DNA of 62,989 nt, the filler included, from Cercozoa sp. M6MM (lineage: Eukaryota; Protista; Endomyxa: Ascetosporea), in NCBI GenBank assembly GCA_040357565.1. It is 9 parts of 9 records of this genome, joined end to end, with 100 filler letters (N's around TTAATTAATTAA, not from the genome) between each part and the next. Parts side by side here need not be neighbours in the genome. Positions count along the whole stretch, not along the records: positions 1 to 3,671 come from JBDODJ010001359.1; positions 3,772 to 12,278 come from JBDODJ010000530.1; 7 more parts are not named here. One strand, 5' to 3'. How positions within the stretch are numbered: position 1 is the stretch's first letter; each line of letters starts with the position of its first letter. Shown one piece after another: positions 1 to 12,006 of this stretch. The notes beneath the pieces are model-generated. The model was not told the origin of the DNA. It saw only the letters and a program-made list of their open reading frames with translations, and made no database searches. The position numbers and the translations under genes are program-made.

Positions 1-159
1 CCCCCCCCCCCTGTGCCCTGACTCTGTGTGCTTTTTGTCGACTGTAGACGGAACACATTCGGTGCAGGAAGGATCTGGTAGCGTACCCCATGTTACCCCC
101 TTATTACCCCTCTTGCCCCTTACCCATGTACCCCATGTTACCCCTTCATGTTACCCACA

Positions 160-1505
160 GCCTCGGTATACGTGGACGCGTACGTGCGAAACGCGCAGTG
201 TGGCGACGTCGTTTTGTTCCGCGGGAGCGGCATTCTTGAGGTTTTTGGGGGGGGGGGGGCGGGGGTTTACCCTTCCTTTTCCCCCTTTACCCCCTCTTTT
301 ACCCCCGTGTTGTGTATCAAAGGACGCGTTCCGCAAGGTGTCGCAGTCGCGGTACGACCACGTGGCACTCGTGATCAGCGTGTCGTCGCACTCGCCAGCG
401 TCCGCGCGGAAGTCGACGACGCGACTGCGACTGCTGGAGGCCACTGCTGATGGCGTGCACTTGTATAATCTGCACTCGCGACTGCACTGGTGGTAGTTTA
501 CCCCTCCCCTTGCACCCTTCTACCCCCTATTCCCCTATACCCTTTCACACCTTTTACTCTTCTTTCCCCCTTCAGGCACCGAGCTGGTAGTCAGCAGCGT
601 GTCGATCGCGGTGGCCGCGCGCCGCGCATTCAGATGTAGTTTTACCCTTCCCTCGCACTCGTCTTTCCCCCCCTCATACGTCTGCACACAGGGCCGTGCG
701 GAGACTGCACTGGTCATTCCGAGACCTCAATCCAGTGGTAAACTTTGTCTTTACCCCCTTGCTCTTGTTACTCACTTGCTCTTTTTGTCCCTAGGCATGC
801 CAGCGAGTGTTCCACACTTTTGCACTCGCTGTGGACGGACGTTCCTACGGTCTATCCTTGGTAGTGCTGTTTTACCCCCTCCCATTTACCCCCACCCTTT
901 ACCCTCCCCCCTGTAGCATCGGTTCCTACGACCAGGTCGTAAGCTGCGGCAGCGTGCTTCGTGTCGCACTCTCAGCAACGACAACATCGACTGCAACAAC
1001 AACAGCAACAGCAACAGCAACAACAGCAACAACAACAACAACAGCAACAGCAACAACAACAACAGCAACAACAACAACAACAGCAACAGCAACAGCAACA
1101 ACAACAGCAACAGCAACAGCAACAACAACAGCAGCAGAAACAACAGCAACAACAGCAAGAGCAGAAACAAGGGAGAGGACACAGCACGCAGGAAGCACTC
1201 GCAACACTCCGAGGACAGCATCGTTGGTGGCTTGGGTTTTACCTCCTCCCTCCCCTTGACCCCTTGACCCCTTTTACCCCAGATTGTGTACACCACAACA
1301 GGTGACCGAAACAAGAGTTTCTTTTGCTCGGAACTGGTTGCGGCGGCCTACGGTAACTCACTCACGTCAGCGTTCCTCCCAATTGTCGGTTATTTTCGTG
1401 GTGATCTTTGTACAGCCTATGCCGGTCTGCTGGGCGATGACGTTCTTCCGCACCAGTGGTATTCGTGTTTTTGCCCTGTCTGAGTGTTTATGTTTTTGTC
1501 TGTGT

Positions 1506-1556
<51 letters not shown>

Positions 1557-1986
1557 ATATATGTGTGTGTGTGTGTGTTTATGTGTGTGTGTGTGTATAC
1601 AGCATGCCGAGGCACTTTAGCGAGGGGCACGACAACAAGCTCAATTTCCCACGCAATGCCAGACTCGGCGCCGAGATTTTGCTGGACTTTTCCCGCCCAG
1701 AGGTCGAAGGCGCCATGCGGCTCTTCTACGACCTCGAGGAGGACAGTTTCGATCTGTCCAAGTGCAGCAGCGCAGGTATAGTTTTGGATTTTGCTTTGAT
1801 CTCACGAAAGCGAGCTGTCTGACAGGTGGCAAAAAACCACGCAAGATCGTGAACAGTCACTTGCGTCGTCTCAACAGTGCCAGCAGCGTCGACATGCCTG
1901 CAGATCTCACTCAGCAGTGCCAGCAGCCGCCGTTCCCGAAGAAAAACAAAGCGGCGCTTTTACTTGGTTTAGAGGGCACAGACTAG
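160..1986 (+). CDS. Permuted papain-like amidase (YiiX/YaeF, NlpC/P60 superfamily), multi-exon, 5' partial, with Asn/Ser-rich insert
   Basis: Spliced motifs in order: GDVVLFRG, YDHVALV (His), LLEATADGV, FALAVDGRSY, FFCSELVAAAY (Cys). His precedes Cys as in permuted NlpC/P60 enzymes. Confidence 0.8.
974..1158 (+). repeat. (AAC/AGC)n trinucleotide repeat inside a coding exon
   Basis: Visible caa/cag tract; the phase of intron 861-916 puts it in the Asn/Ser frame. Confidence 0.9.
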
Positions 1987-2291
1987 TACCATAGCTGATT
2001 TTCGGAAATCCGAGCACAGTAAATACAAAGCAAAAAATGACAAGCCCTCATTCGGGATCGGCGGCTGCTGTAAGTTGGTGCAGCAGATGTACATCAGATT
2101 CAGTACGGGAATGACGAGAAGGGGATTGAGTAGATGGGAGTGATCGCAAATTGTAGCCACATGCAGGAGCTCTGAGTTGTTGTTCTGGGTCGAAGTGAGT
2201 GTCCTTCCAAGCTGCCGACCAGCGTGTGCAGCAGTATCTTAAGTATTTAGTGCATTCCTTGCCCCGATCAGGTCAGTCTCGGGTGCCCTTC

Positions 2292-3599
2292 ATGGTATGT
2301 CGTCATACCGTCATCATTGCGTGGTTTTTGTGGGCACGTGGTGAACACCTTCGACCCTGTGTTTTGTAGCCGCCGAAGAAGGTGTGCCGGCGCGGCCCAA
2401 AGCGCGCGCTGCCAAAGCTGCCTCCGGCGCCAGCTCAGGAGGAGGTGCCTGACCTGCCGCCACCTGGCCTGCTACCCCCTGAGCTGCCACCACCACCCGG
2501 CTTGCCACCGCCGCCCGAGTTGCCACCTGTGCCAGAGACGGTACCCTCGGTGCCTGAGTCAGTGCCGCCTGGACTGCCCGAGGTACCTCCGCCGCCGCCG
2601 CTGCCGGTCGACACTGCCAACACGAGCGAGACTCCCGACACTGCTGACACTGCTGATGACACTGCCGGTGTGGCAGGTGCTGCTGTCGCTGCTGTACCAG
2701 AGGGTAGCCTCCTTGTTTTCCCCCTCCCTCTCCCCTTCCCTTGTGCTTCCTCTTGCCCTTGTCCTTCCGCCTGCCTCTACATTGCTGCGTGTGTCCTGTG
2801 CAGAGAACGGCCAGGCCGGCGCTGCCGAGGTCGCCGACTCTGCCTCTGAGTCTGAGGCCTCCGAATCGGAGTCCGAGTCTGAACTGGAGGAACAATCTGA
2901 GCCTGAGCCTGAGCCTGAGTCTGAGCCTGAGCCGGAGCCGGAGCCTGAGTCGAAGCCGGAGCCTGAGTCTGACCCTCAACCGGAGCCTGAGCCTGACTCT
3001 GAGCCTGAGCCGGAGGAAGAACAAGAGTCAGAGGCGCCGGTCGAAACAACGTCCGCCCAAGCAACGCCTGCCGAAACGCATGCGGAAGAAACGCTGACCA
3101 AAGCCGAAGAAACGCCTGCACAAGAAACGCCGGTCGTTGCGGAAGAAACGCTGGTCGTTGCGGAAGAAACGCCGGTCGTTGCGGAAGAAACGCCGGTCGT
3201 TGTGCAAGAAACTCCCGACGAGTCGGTTGAGGAGTTGGTCGCGGAGGCCGTCCAGGAGGAGGAGGAGACACGTGCCTGTGAGACACGTGTCAGTGTCACA
3301 GAGACACGTGCCAGTGAGACACGTGTCAGTGACAGTGTCCGCGCGGAGTCGCCCAGTGGCCGTGGCGGCAAGGCACGCGGTCGACGCGGCTGGCGCAAGG
3401 CGCGCGATCCCAAGACTGGACGCGCCTACTACTTGTACCCCCCTCCTCCCTCTCTCTACTCCCTTTACCCCCCTTTTTTTACCCTCTTAATACCCCCTTG
3501 ATATCCCCTTGATACCCCCTTGATACCCCTCCTATACCTCCCCCACTGTAACCCTCTTGTAGCAATCGAGAGACGGGAGTGACACAGTGGACCAAGTAG
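2292..3599 (+). CDS. Pro-rich and Glu/Pro-repeat protein with C-terminal WW domain
   Basis: Spliced end GWRKARDPKTGRAYYFNRETGVTQWTK* fits WW consensus; upstream PPP runs, (EP)n and EETPVVA repeats. Start inferred. Confidence 0.75.
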
Positions 3600-3671
3600 A
3601 ACATCTTTACACCCCTTACCTCCTGCTATGTTACACCTTTTAGCCCCTCTTTATCCCCCTCTTTACTCCTT

Positions 3672-3771
3672 NNNNNNNNNNNNNNNNNNNNNNNNNNNNN
3701 NNNNNNNNNNNNNNNTTAATTAATTAANNNNNNNNNNNNNNNNNNNNNNNNNNNNNNNNNNNNNNNNNNNN
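3672..3771. other. Artificial contig spacer
   Basis: 100-nt N linker with TTAATTAATTAA (six-frame stops). Confidence 0.97.
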
Positions 3772-3820
<49 letters not shown>

Positions 3821-3868
3821 GGAACGACTGTTTTTTGCGTGTTTCAGTTCGGTGTCAAGTCGTCGCGC

Positions 3869-4656
3869 ATGACGCCGGAGCAGCTGATGAACGCCGATGC
3901 TGACTCGCTCGGCAACGATCAGGCCGTGGAAGTGCAGTGGGCGGCGCGCGCCTTTAAGCACGCTGAGACCTACCACCGACTGCTCAAGATGATGATGGTA
4001 TAGTAGCGCGTTTGTTTGCTGTCTTTTTCGCTCTGTTTTCTACGCACGAGTGTTGTGTACTGCTACTGCAGAAGAAGGACAAGTGCGCCTCGATGCGACT
4101 CACGTCGGTCGATGACGAGTTGTACGAGGCCTTCCGATCGACGTTCCCGCAGATGGTACTTTGTTCCGTAGTATGTCACTGAACAAGACATTATGCTTGT
4201 GGATGTGGTTTGAATGACAGGATGTCGCTCGTATCAATGAGGACAACATGAAGAACAAGAAGAACAAGCGCAAGTGGCACAACTTCATTCTCAACTGGCA
4301 GTTCAAGGTTCAGGACTACCACATGGGCACTCTCGTGCGCGTCGATGTTTCGCGTCCGTTCGGCGAGAGCAACTCGGCGCTCGTTGTACGCTTTGACTCC
4401 GTGTGTGTCTGTGTGTCTGTGTGTCTGTGTGTCTGTGTCTGTGTCTGTGTCTGTGTCTGTGCCTGTGCCTTTGTGCTTTCATGAGTTTTTTCTGTGGTTC
4501 TGCAGTCGCGTGTGCAGTTCTACTGCATCGAGCTCGCCCGAAACCGCGAGGGTATTTTTTAGGCAATATTTTTGTGTTGCGCGGAAGTTTGATCGTTACT
4601 TGTGTGTTGCAGGAATTAACATGTCGGGCTCGGAACCTCTGCAAGCGTCCAGCTAA
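3869..4656 (+). CDS. PBDC1: PBDC1/Chp1 family protein (polysaccharide biosynthesis domain; eEF1A chaperone)
   Basis: Spliced: NDQAVEVQWAARAFKHAETY; LTSVDDELYEAFRSTFP; KWHNFI; VQDYHMGTLVRVD; RVQFYCIELARNREGIN. Confidence 0.88.
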
Positions 4657-4957
4657 TTTTCTCTGCCCGGCGGATGTTCGTTTTCGATTTGAATTTTTGC
4701 TCGAGTAACGTAAAATTCCCGTCCGGTTCTCGCCGGCGCCTGCGCATGCGCTGACACGACGGTACAACATACAGTAACTGACTGAAATTAATTGGCCGGG
4801 CGTGTCATGGATGCTCAGCTTCCTTTTTTGCTCGAGATCATTCTTCAGTTCGATTAAGTTCGCGAAGCGAATTCCGTTTCCTTTCAGTTCAGCGTCAGTT
4901 CGCGAAGCGAATCGAGTTTCTTTCAGTTTGTACACTACTGTAGTAGCCAGTGACTAA

Positions 4958-7165
4958 CTAATTCGACTCGGCTACAAATCGGAAACAGGCAGCACATCGC
5001 AGAAGTCAAAGGTTAGCTCTGAACCGTCTTTCAGTGATGGCGTGCCAACTGCACGCGCCACGCCACGACAAATATCATCTGCGAAACTCACACGCCCGTA
5101 ACCTCAAAAGAACTCACAAGAGACAAGGCTGGTTTAATCAGAGTGAAAGATAAATTACCAAACATGCTTGATCGCGTTTTGGACGGAAAGTGCCGCGAAA
5201 TCTCGTCTTCCTCCAACACTACTCTCTGCAAAAGCAAAAACCTTTGCACAAGCATTTCAAAAGTGAAACAAAACAAAACATACCAACGCAGCAGCAAATT
5301 CTGCGGGTGACACAGTGGGCGGCAGCGACTCTTCCTCCTGCCAAACAAACCGTAAACACTGACACAGACAAACTGGGTTAAAAGATTACCCGATGTCTAT
5401 CGTCTACTTGATCGTCATCATCAGGCGGCTGTACTCGCGATCCTCTGACCTGCGATAGAATTCACCCGCGTGGATGCAACAAAAGCAAAAAGAAGATAAG
5501 CTACCAACATCGAAACAGCCCTTCGAGCCGATGCAGCAGCGCCAACGACGTTAACTTGAATGCCACCATGCAGGCATCTACATGCAAGTCAGAGTCGAGC
5601 TACGCCCACATTTGAGTTCTCAGTTTAGTTTTTACTTGATGCCACGAGCAGGCCGACCGAGCAGCAGGAGTGCTTCCCTCCTGGCCTACGCACACAGACG
5701 CACACAGGGGACAGTACATTCATCAAAAGCAAAGGAAGGGGAAGAGAGGGTGCCATAATAAGTGCACGAGGTGCAGCCAGGAGAAGCAAGGCGTGTCGTT
5801 GGCGCGGACAGTCGAGACACAGCACGCGATCGAGGAGAGCCACCACAGCGCCTAGTTCGAGTGAGGAACGAGCCAGCAGAGTGGCACGCCAGTGAAGCAG
5901 CAGCTGCACCAGCACTTCGCTCTCAGCCTGCTGGCCACTGTCATGTGGCGCCGTGTTGAAGAACTCGTGCGGGTCCACCTGCTGCGCCTGCGCCTGAGCA
6001 GGCTTGGGACACTCGTCCGGCAGCACGAGCAAACGACGGCCCAGGCGACGCAGCGCACTGCCTAGCACGATGTCGTGCAGCTCAATATCTTGGCTACAAA
6101 TGGCACAGACATCTTTAGACAGAGCTTTCAACATAGCAAGAGAAAAATACAGCAGGGCAGAGGCCTGTGTACGTGCCGTGGCAGGGTCCATGTCCTTGAC
6201 GACTTTCTCACTGTGAACTGACATATCAAGGCCAGAGAAATCGAACAGAAGCACCTACCACAGGATGGAACGCAAGACTTGCACTGTGACCACCTCGTCG
6301 CCACCGCACATGAACAGCAAGAGTGCTGTCATATCGGCCATGCCCTATATGGTATATATATATATATATCTATATCGATAGATATATTTATAATTTATGC
6401 GGTTATGTATAGTGACCTGCACGTAGACGCAAGCACGCCAATGCACGCACAGACAGAGCAACACACGTCGCACACGTGCGCACAAATCGCTCGCATCGGC
6501 AATGTCGCTCATGCTGTTGGACTGCGCTGAGTCCTCCTCGACTCCGAGTGCCAAAAACAGCGGGATCTACACACGTAGCCTACTATAGCTTGTTTGCTGA
6601 CAATACGACCCCCCCCCACCCCGGCAGAACAAGTACCGCAGCTCGCGGCGCGTCGCGACAAATCGTGCCAAAGTCGGCGCAGTCTTCGAAGTCCTCCTCA
6701 CGCAAGCCGTCCATCTCGCACAGCAACCGGCGTGTTCTCTCTGTAGGACCAAATACCTAGGGTTGGGTGGGGAGGGCTTTACGAGTACCCCGTACCCTCA
6801 TGTGTCTCTGGCATCAATATGCGCCACAACAATCGACGCGTGTGCGGTAATAAACCGCCGTCCGTCCGCAACACGAGTTGCAACAAGTCGTTCTAAGATA
6901 ATTTAGTGTGTTTCAACCGAGTATAAAACATGTGGCGCACCTGGTCCAACGAGCTCTGTTCGAACAGCATGTGACACGCCGCCGCTGACAGTCGCTGCTC
7001 GGCCACGCCGAACGGGTCTGCCACCATTGAAACAGAAACAACAACAGACAAATTAATGGAAAGCGCATTTTTGCATTTATGCACTTGATGCCGTTAAAAT
7101 GGCATACCCTCGATCAAAATCCAATCATCTTCCTCTGAGGCCTGCAGTGCATCCCGTACACTCAT
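4958..7165 (-). CDS. TBC-domain Rab GTPase-activating protein (divergent)
   Basis: ICRDAPR (IxxDxxR arginine finger) and VRRVLL...YVQ|GMADM (YxQGM glutamine finger across an intron). Confidence 0.72.
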
Positions 7166-7270
7166 AAGACACTAGTCAGGGCTCTACACCTGCTCAATTT
7201 CGTGGAAACGAGTGAAGTGGCTGCTTATCTTTGGTATTTTTTGTACCATCCTGTACCACAAGTTGCAAAA

Positions 7271-7606
7271 ATGCCGAACAACTATTTGAGTGGTCATCAC
7301 TCATCCTTTGATCGCTTCGATCGAACTACAGTGCTGGCTGCTGAGTCGGCACATGCTCACGCTCTTTAGTCGGAGCTGCTGCCTTTGTATTCCACCCGTA
7401 CCATAGCAAAGGTACTTGCGGTCCCACTCGATTCAACTGTATGATTAAAGTTTGGTTTGTGCTGTCTGTAGAGGAAAGAACATCGCATGATGATTGCGGT
7501 CGCTGCGATCATTGGCGCCGTTGTGTTCATGGTGCTGACGGCGGCGGTGACATTTACCATCTTTAGACGTCGCCAACAACGCGCTCACGCAACTGCGTTT
7601 GCTTGA
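7271..7606 (+). CDS. Small single-pass membrane protein, hypothetical
   Basis: Last exon encodes IAVAAIIGAVVFMVLTAAVTFTIF followed by RRRQQR; upstream exons inferred. Confidence 0.45.
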
Positions 7607-7742
7607 AACTGCCTCTTAGGGCGAAAACTGAAGAACCCCCGCCTCCCCGTGCTGCGTGCGCTGAAGTAAATTTACTGTAACATGGCCACCAACTACTCTA
7701 GATACACTGTAAGTTATCCATGCTACAGTGCAGCCACTAGCT

Positions 7743-8258
7743 TGTTACAGACTGACTCAGATTATGCAGTCTCCGCGGGGACTAACCAAGACGGACCAGT
7801 TGGTCTAAATACTCAGTTTATCACTGAAGCAAAAGAGAAAGGAGAGTTAAGAGTGTGTGGCTCTGCGGTACTGCTGCCTATAAAGCTGTGACTGGACCTG
7901 TCTGAAAGCCTGTCCTGTAGATTGAGCCTGCCAGTTGGCAAAAGAGAAAATCTCATCTACTTGGCATCAGCTGGTCAGTTGCTCTGCAGTTTGTACTGAT
8001 ATCCACCTCTACAAGTAAGCATTGGCTGCTGTAGAGAGAACGGATTTTTTAAATCTTCTCGCGATTTTCCCCGTGACGGAAGATTCCGTATAAATTTACA
8101 ACTCCGTCTAAGTTAGTTTGACGTAAGAAACGTAAGAAACCAGTTGGGGTAATTCTTCACTTCGCTTCTACAAACTGAATCATTTGATTCCCTCGCTTCG
8201 TCCAATTGACGACTCACTTCTGTTATTTAGTTCTTTTCACTGACAACCGTCAGTAACA
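7743..8258. mobile_element. Solo LTR-like interspersed element, copy 1 (516 bp)
   Basis: TGTTACAGAC...GTCAGTAACA (9/10 inverted termini, TG..CA), flanked by AGCT on both sides; near-identical blocks to 51897-52222. Confidence 0.85.
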
Positions 8259-8307
8259 AGCTAAACTTAGCGTCGATATTGTCGTGTTTAGACAGCAAGT
8301 TCCGTTT

Positions 8308-8490
8308 GGCCCGGTACGGGGAAAGATGCGCTCGGAGTTTGACACCCCGGCACTCCGGGGCTCAGTGGGTCTCCGCCCAGACAGTAGATCTCGCCGTGTC
8401 TAAGTGGTGTAGGCCGATTTAGAGTGACACCACAGCAACGAGCCGAGTGCTGAATCGTCCCAGGAAAGTCACCCCAAGGAGTGCTGGGCC
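8308..8490 (+). ncRNA. Candidate structured cis-acting RNA or unidentified ncRNA abutting the rhomboid ATG
   Basis: Nested helices 8308-8317/8481-8490, 8328-8335/8443-8450, 8345-8350/8355-8360, 8366-8369/8376-8379, 8380-8383/8397-8400, 8404-8410/8427-8433; G-U pairs work only on + strand. Confidence 0.55.
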
Positions 8491-10603
8491 ATGTCTGTTC
8501 CGCAAGAAGCGAGTGTTTCGTTGAACGAGAGCGAAGCAGGGACTTCACCCAATCACGATGTCGAGACGAAGTGGCCGCCGAGTCGCACTGACGAGGAGCC
8601 TCATGTACCCAACGTGAACGCACCGGTGGCGGCAGGAAATGATGCCCACAGCACGGCTCATGAGGTTTACTTATTGGCTTTCTGTGCGTCGTTCTATTTG
8701 TGTTTTATAGGAAGAAGAGACGGAGGAGTATCCGATGCAAGGCGAGCTGCCGGCTCCTGTAGCTTTCACAATTTTGCACCTTCCCAAGCACGCATTTAAT
8801 GACACATTATTAATGTTAGGCCAAGCAACAAGCGACCTGGCGCACGCGTTGGAAGAACGTCTGCGGCTCCGACGCGGCACTCGATGCGTACTTCACTTGA
8901 CGGCGTACCTTCTACACCTGTCAGATGTTTTTTTCTGTGTTGACCCAGACTGCCAGTCTACGAGGGCAACCTGTCCGACTTGGATGCAGCTCACAAGTCA
9001 CGTGCAGGCCGATTGTAAGCTTCGACTTTCTCTTGTCACAGGAACTAGTGCTCTTTCACCGACTTTACACTTTGCTTTTAGCTTGACAAAGTACCCGCCG
9101 CTGCTTTTTGGAATCCTCGCAGTGTGCATCGGCATCTATGTTGCCGAGATCGTGATTACCAAAGGCGCCTTGCGTGCGGTACTTCTGTTGTGGGTACTGT
9201 AATTTGGGGACGAGGTTTAAAAAATGGTATTTTCCAGGATGCACCTGTCTGGCTACTGGTGCCAGCCAACAATGCAATTTCCGACACACTCATCAACAGT
9301 CCGCTCCACATCGCCGTTTTGAACGAGGTATGCGTGTTGTTTGTGATAGGGCTAGTTTTTGAGGAGTATGAACGCACAAAATACAGAAATATTTTTAGTG
9401 GTGGCGCATCGTGTCCAACATGGTGCTGCACTTTGGTCTGTGGCACGTGCTGTCCAACTGCATTGCTGCTGTGGCCCTGCTGCCCCCGCTACTGCGTGCT
9501 GTATGTTGCCTTTAATGCAGACTAGTCTAACATGTACATAATATAATATGTTATACTACTTATGGATGTATAAAATTACAGCATGGCAATACGCGCATTT
9601 TGGTGCTGCTGGTGCTGTGTGCCGTCGCCGGCAATCTAGTCGGTATGGTTGGCACACCCCTGGATGCCAAGGCAGGTGCTTCCTCTTCACTGTTTGGCGC
9701 CTTGGGTGCCTACCTCTTCGACTGGTAGCCATTTTCTACATCCTCTACCCCCTACCCTATGTACCTTCCTCCTGGGTACAGTTGGCAACTGCGACATGTG
9801 ACTCCGCGTTTCTCGACTCGATTCGCACTGATGTTACTTCAGGTAAAGCAGTGTACACCCCCGGGGAGGGGTATTAATATCGTCGCACTGTGTGAACAGA
9901 TGTTAGTGCTAGTGGCACTCAGTTTCGCTCCGGGAATCGATCTGCTCGGTCATATGGGCGGCCTGATCTGTAAAACAAATCCAGCCCATTGCATTTTCAA
10001 GAATCCAGTTTAAAAACGCCGTGACTGGCAGTCGGTCTCTTGTCGGCCTGGGCACTGCTGCCGCGTATGAGCACTGCACAGCAAGTCGCCGCTCAGGTAA
10101 ACCTTGTTGCTTAATTCCACTGTGACCTGTATCCACTTGTAAACTTACACAAAGGTGGACGACGCCAAGTACCTCGCTCGACAGATTTGCGGCAGTGATG
10201 AGGTATTGCTTTTAATATAAGCTGACACTAAGTTTTTCTAGATTTGTGTAAACAGGACTGGGAATGGGCCGATCTCGAGCGCGAGCGGTCACTCAAACTG
10301 CATCTCAAATTGAGTGCACATCGCATGACGCGTAGTCTGCGTACTCGGCAGGTAAATATAACTCTAAATCATATAGGGTTCGAAACTGAACTTATATTGT
10401 TTATGTTTTTTGTTAATGTGTAGACGTGGTTGCGACTTGGCTGGATGTCGCTGCTTGTGGGCGCACTCGTCGGTATCGCACTGTGGTTCCACTTCGGCAT
10501 CGGCGCCTCCATGCGCTCCTGCATCAACATCACTGTTGTCGACTTCCGCGCGCGCGACGAGTGCATGCGCTTCTTCCCCTTCACCGCCAAGAGCATTCAA
10601 TGA
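8491..10603 (+). CDS. Rhomboid intramembrane serine protease
   Basis: WWRIVSNMVLHFGLWHVLSN (WR, HxxxxHxxxN), AGASSSLFG (catalytic Ser), IDLLGHMGG (catalytic His); terminal TM exon 10423-10603. Confidence 0.88.
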
Positions 10604-10783
10604 CCGCATTAGAGCCACACACTGCTCTTCACACACTGTATTTTTTGTATTTTCGTTCCACAGCGGCGCAAAAGGCATAATTCGGCTCAGAATAGGCTCA
10701 CAACTTTGAGAACCGAAACTATGTGAGCAGTTCACTGGCACTGCATTGCGGAACGTTGCGCGTTTAAGTGTGCTTGCTGTCGC

Positions 10784-11667
10784 ATGTTTCACGGACAGTC
10801 GCTTCAGCAGCTATTGGTATTTGTGATTTTTGGTATTTTAATTGACTGAGGTGTCCATGGTGTAGAAGCTACACGAGCGGGAGAATGACCCAAGTCGTCC
10901 GTCTCGTCGCATGCAACAACCACGAAAACTCGTTGTGAAGAAACCTGCATCCGCGCGGACGGCTCCGACTAGCCAGTCCAGGACGCGAAAGCAGGAACAA
11001 CCAAGACCACCCCACCGGGCACGTGAGTCGCGCGAGCAACGCACGCGACACAGCGTGCTCAAATCGAGGAAAGACCCCAGTCCACAGCGAGAAACGCAAA
11101 GTAAAACTCGAAAATCATCACAAGAAAAGCAACGAAGAGAGAAATCGCGACAACTTCGCGTATTTCTCAGTTTATCTGCCTTTGCGATCTGTGTGTGCTT
11201 TTGCATCGTTTTTTCGACTGCTCAGACCGAACCACAAGTGTCGCGAAAAGCTTCGAAACCGAAAGCGAGAAAGCAAAAGCCAACGCGAAAAATTCTACAG
11301 CAACAGTTTGAGCGAACTCAAAGGTATCAGTTCAGTTTGTAGCTGTCTCTGCTGCATATCCAGTCTTCCAATGTGTAGGACAACAAGCGGACTTAAAGTG
11401 GACTTTGGTAATGCCACAACTGCGCGGAAGACCAAAAATAAAAAAACTAACAGTGAAAAGATTAAGACAGTGAAAAGCCAGCAAAAGTACTTTTCTTCCT
11501 GCCTGAGTAAAAAGCGATTCAGTCTTTTCTTTTTTAAACAGAATGCCAAGCGGACTCCGAGTCGACTTTGGCCAGGACGGCAAAAGCTTATCACTGAGCA
11601 AGAAGGACAGGCGCGCCGGAAAGAGCAAGCAAAAAAAGAAATCCAGCACAACCGTAAAATTTATTGA
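10784..11667 (+). CDS. Lys/Arg-rich low-complexity hypothetical protein
   Basis: GT-AG splicing links MFHGQSLQQLL|KLHEREND...MQQPRK through QHNRKIY*. Confidence 0.5.
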
Positions 11668-11852
11668 TACGTTGTCTGGCGGATTCGGGTTCTGTCGCAA
11701 CTTCCTGTTGCTTTGCAGAAAATAGTACTCGAGACTGGCCTGCGCGTGTCGTACAACTAAATAGACCCGCTTACTGTTCGCACAGTCGAGCATGGCCGTA
11801 CCAGTTTCACGTACTCTCCGTCTAGATTGTGCTATCCTTTTTTTGCTTGCAA

Positions 11853-12006
11853 GAAATCCAGCACACCCGTACCAGTTTCACTTCGGACTGAACGGAAACG
11901 AAACTGTTTTTTTGTTGCGATGCCTTCAGTTTCCATCTGACTCAAAGAAAAACAGTTTCGTTTCCGTTCAGTCCGAAGTGAAACTGGTACGGGTGTGCTG
12001 GATTTC
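11853..12006. repeat. Perfect 59-bp inverted repeat with 36-nt spacer
   Basis: 11853-11911 is the exact reverse complement of 11948-12006. Confidence 0.92.

Noticed and set aside
961-1305. PolyQ, polyT, polyL, polyC ORFs
   Set aside because: Alternative frames of one microsatellite; splice phase favours the Asn/Ser frame.
8290-8595. RNase P/MRP or SAM-I identity for the structured element (GGAAAG..., GGGGCUCA, AGCAAC...GUGCU)
   Set aside because: The MRP-like P4 halves are in the wrong order, the alternative P4 lacks the conserved bulged U, and the SAM-I P1 AUC/GAU and kink-turn are absent. Only partial resemblance; cmscan would settle it.
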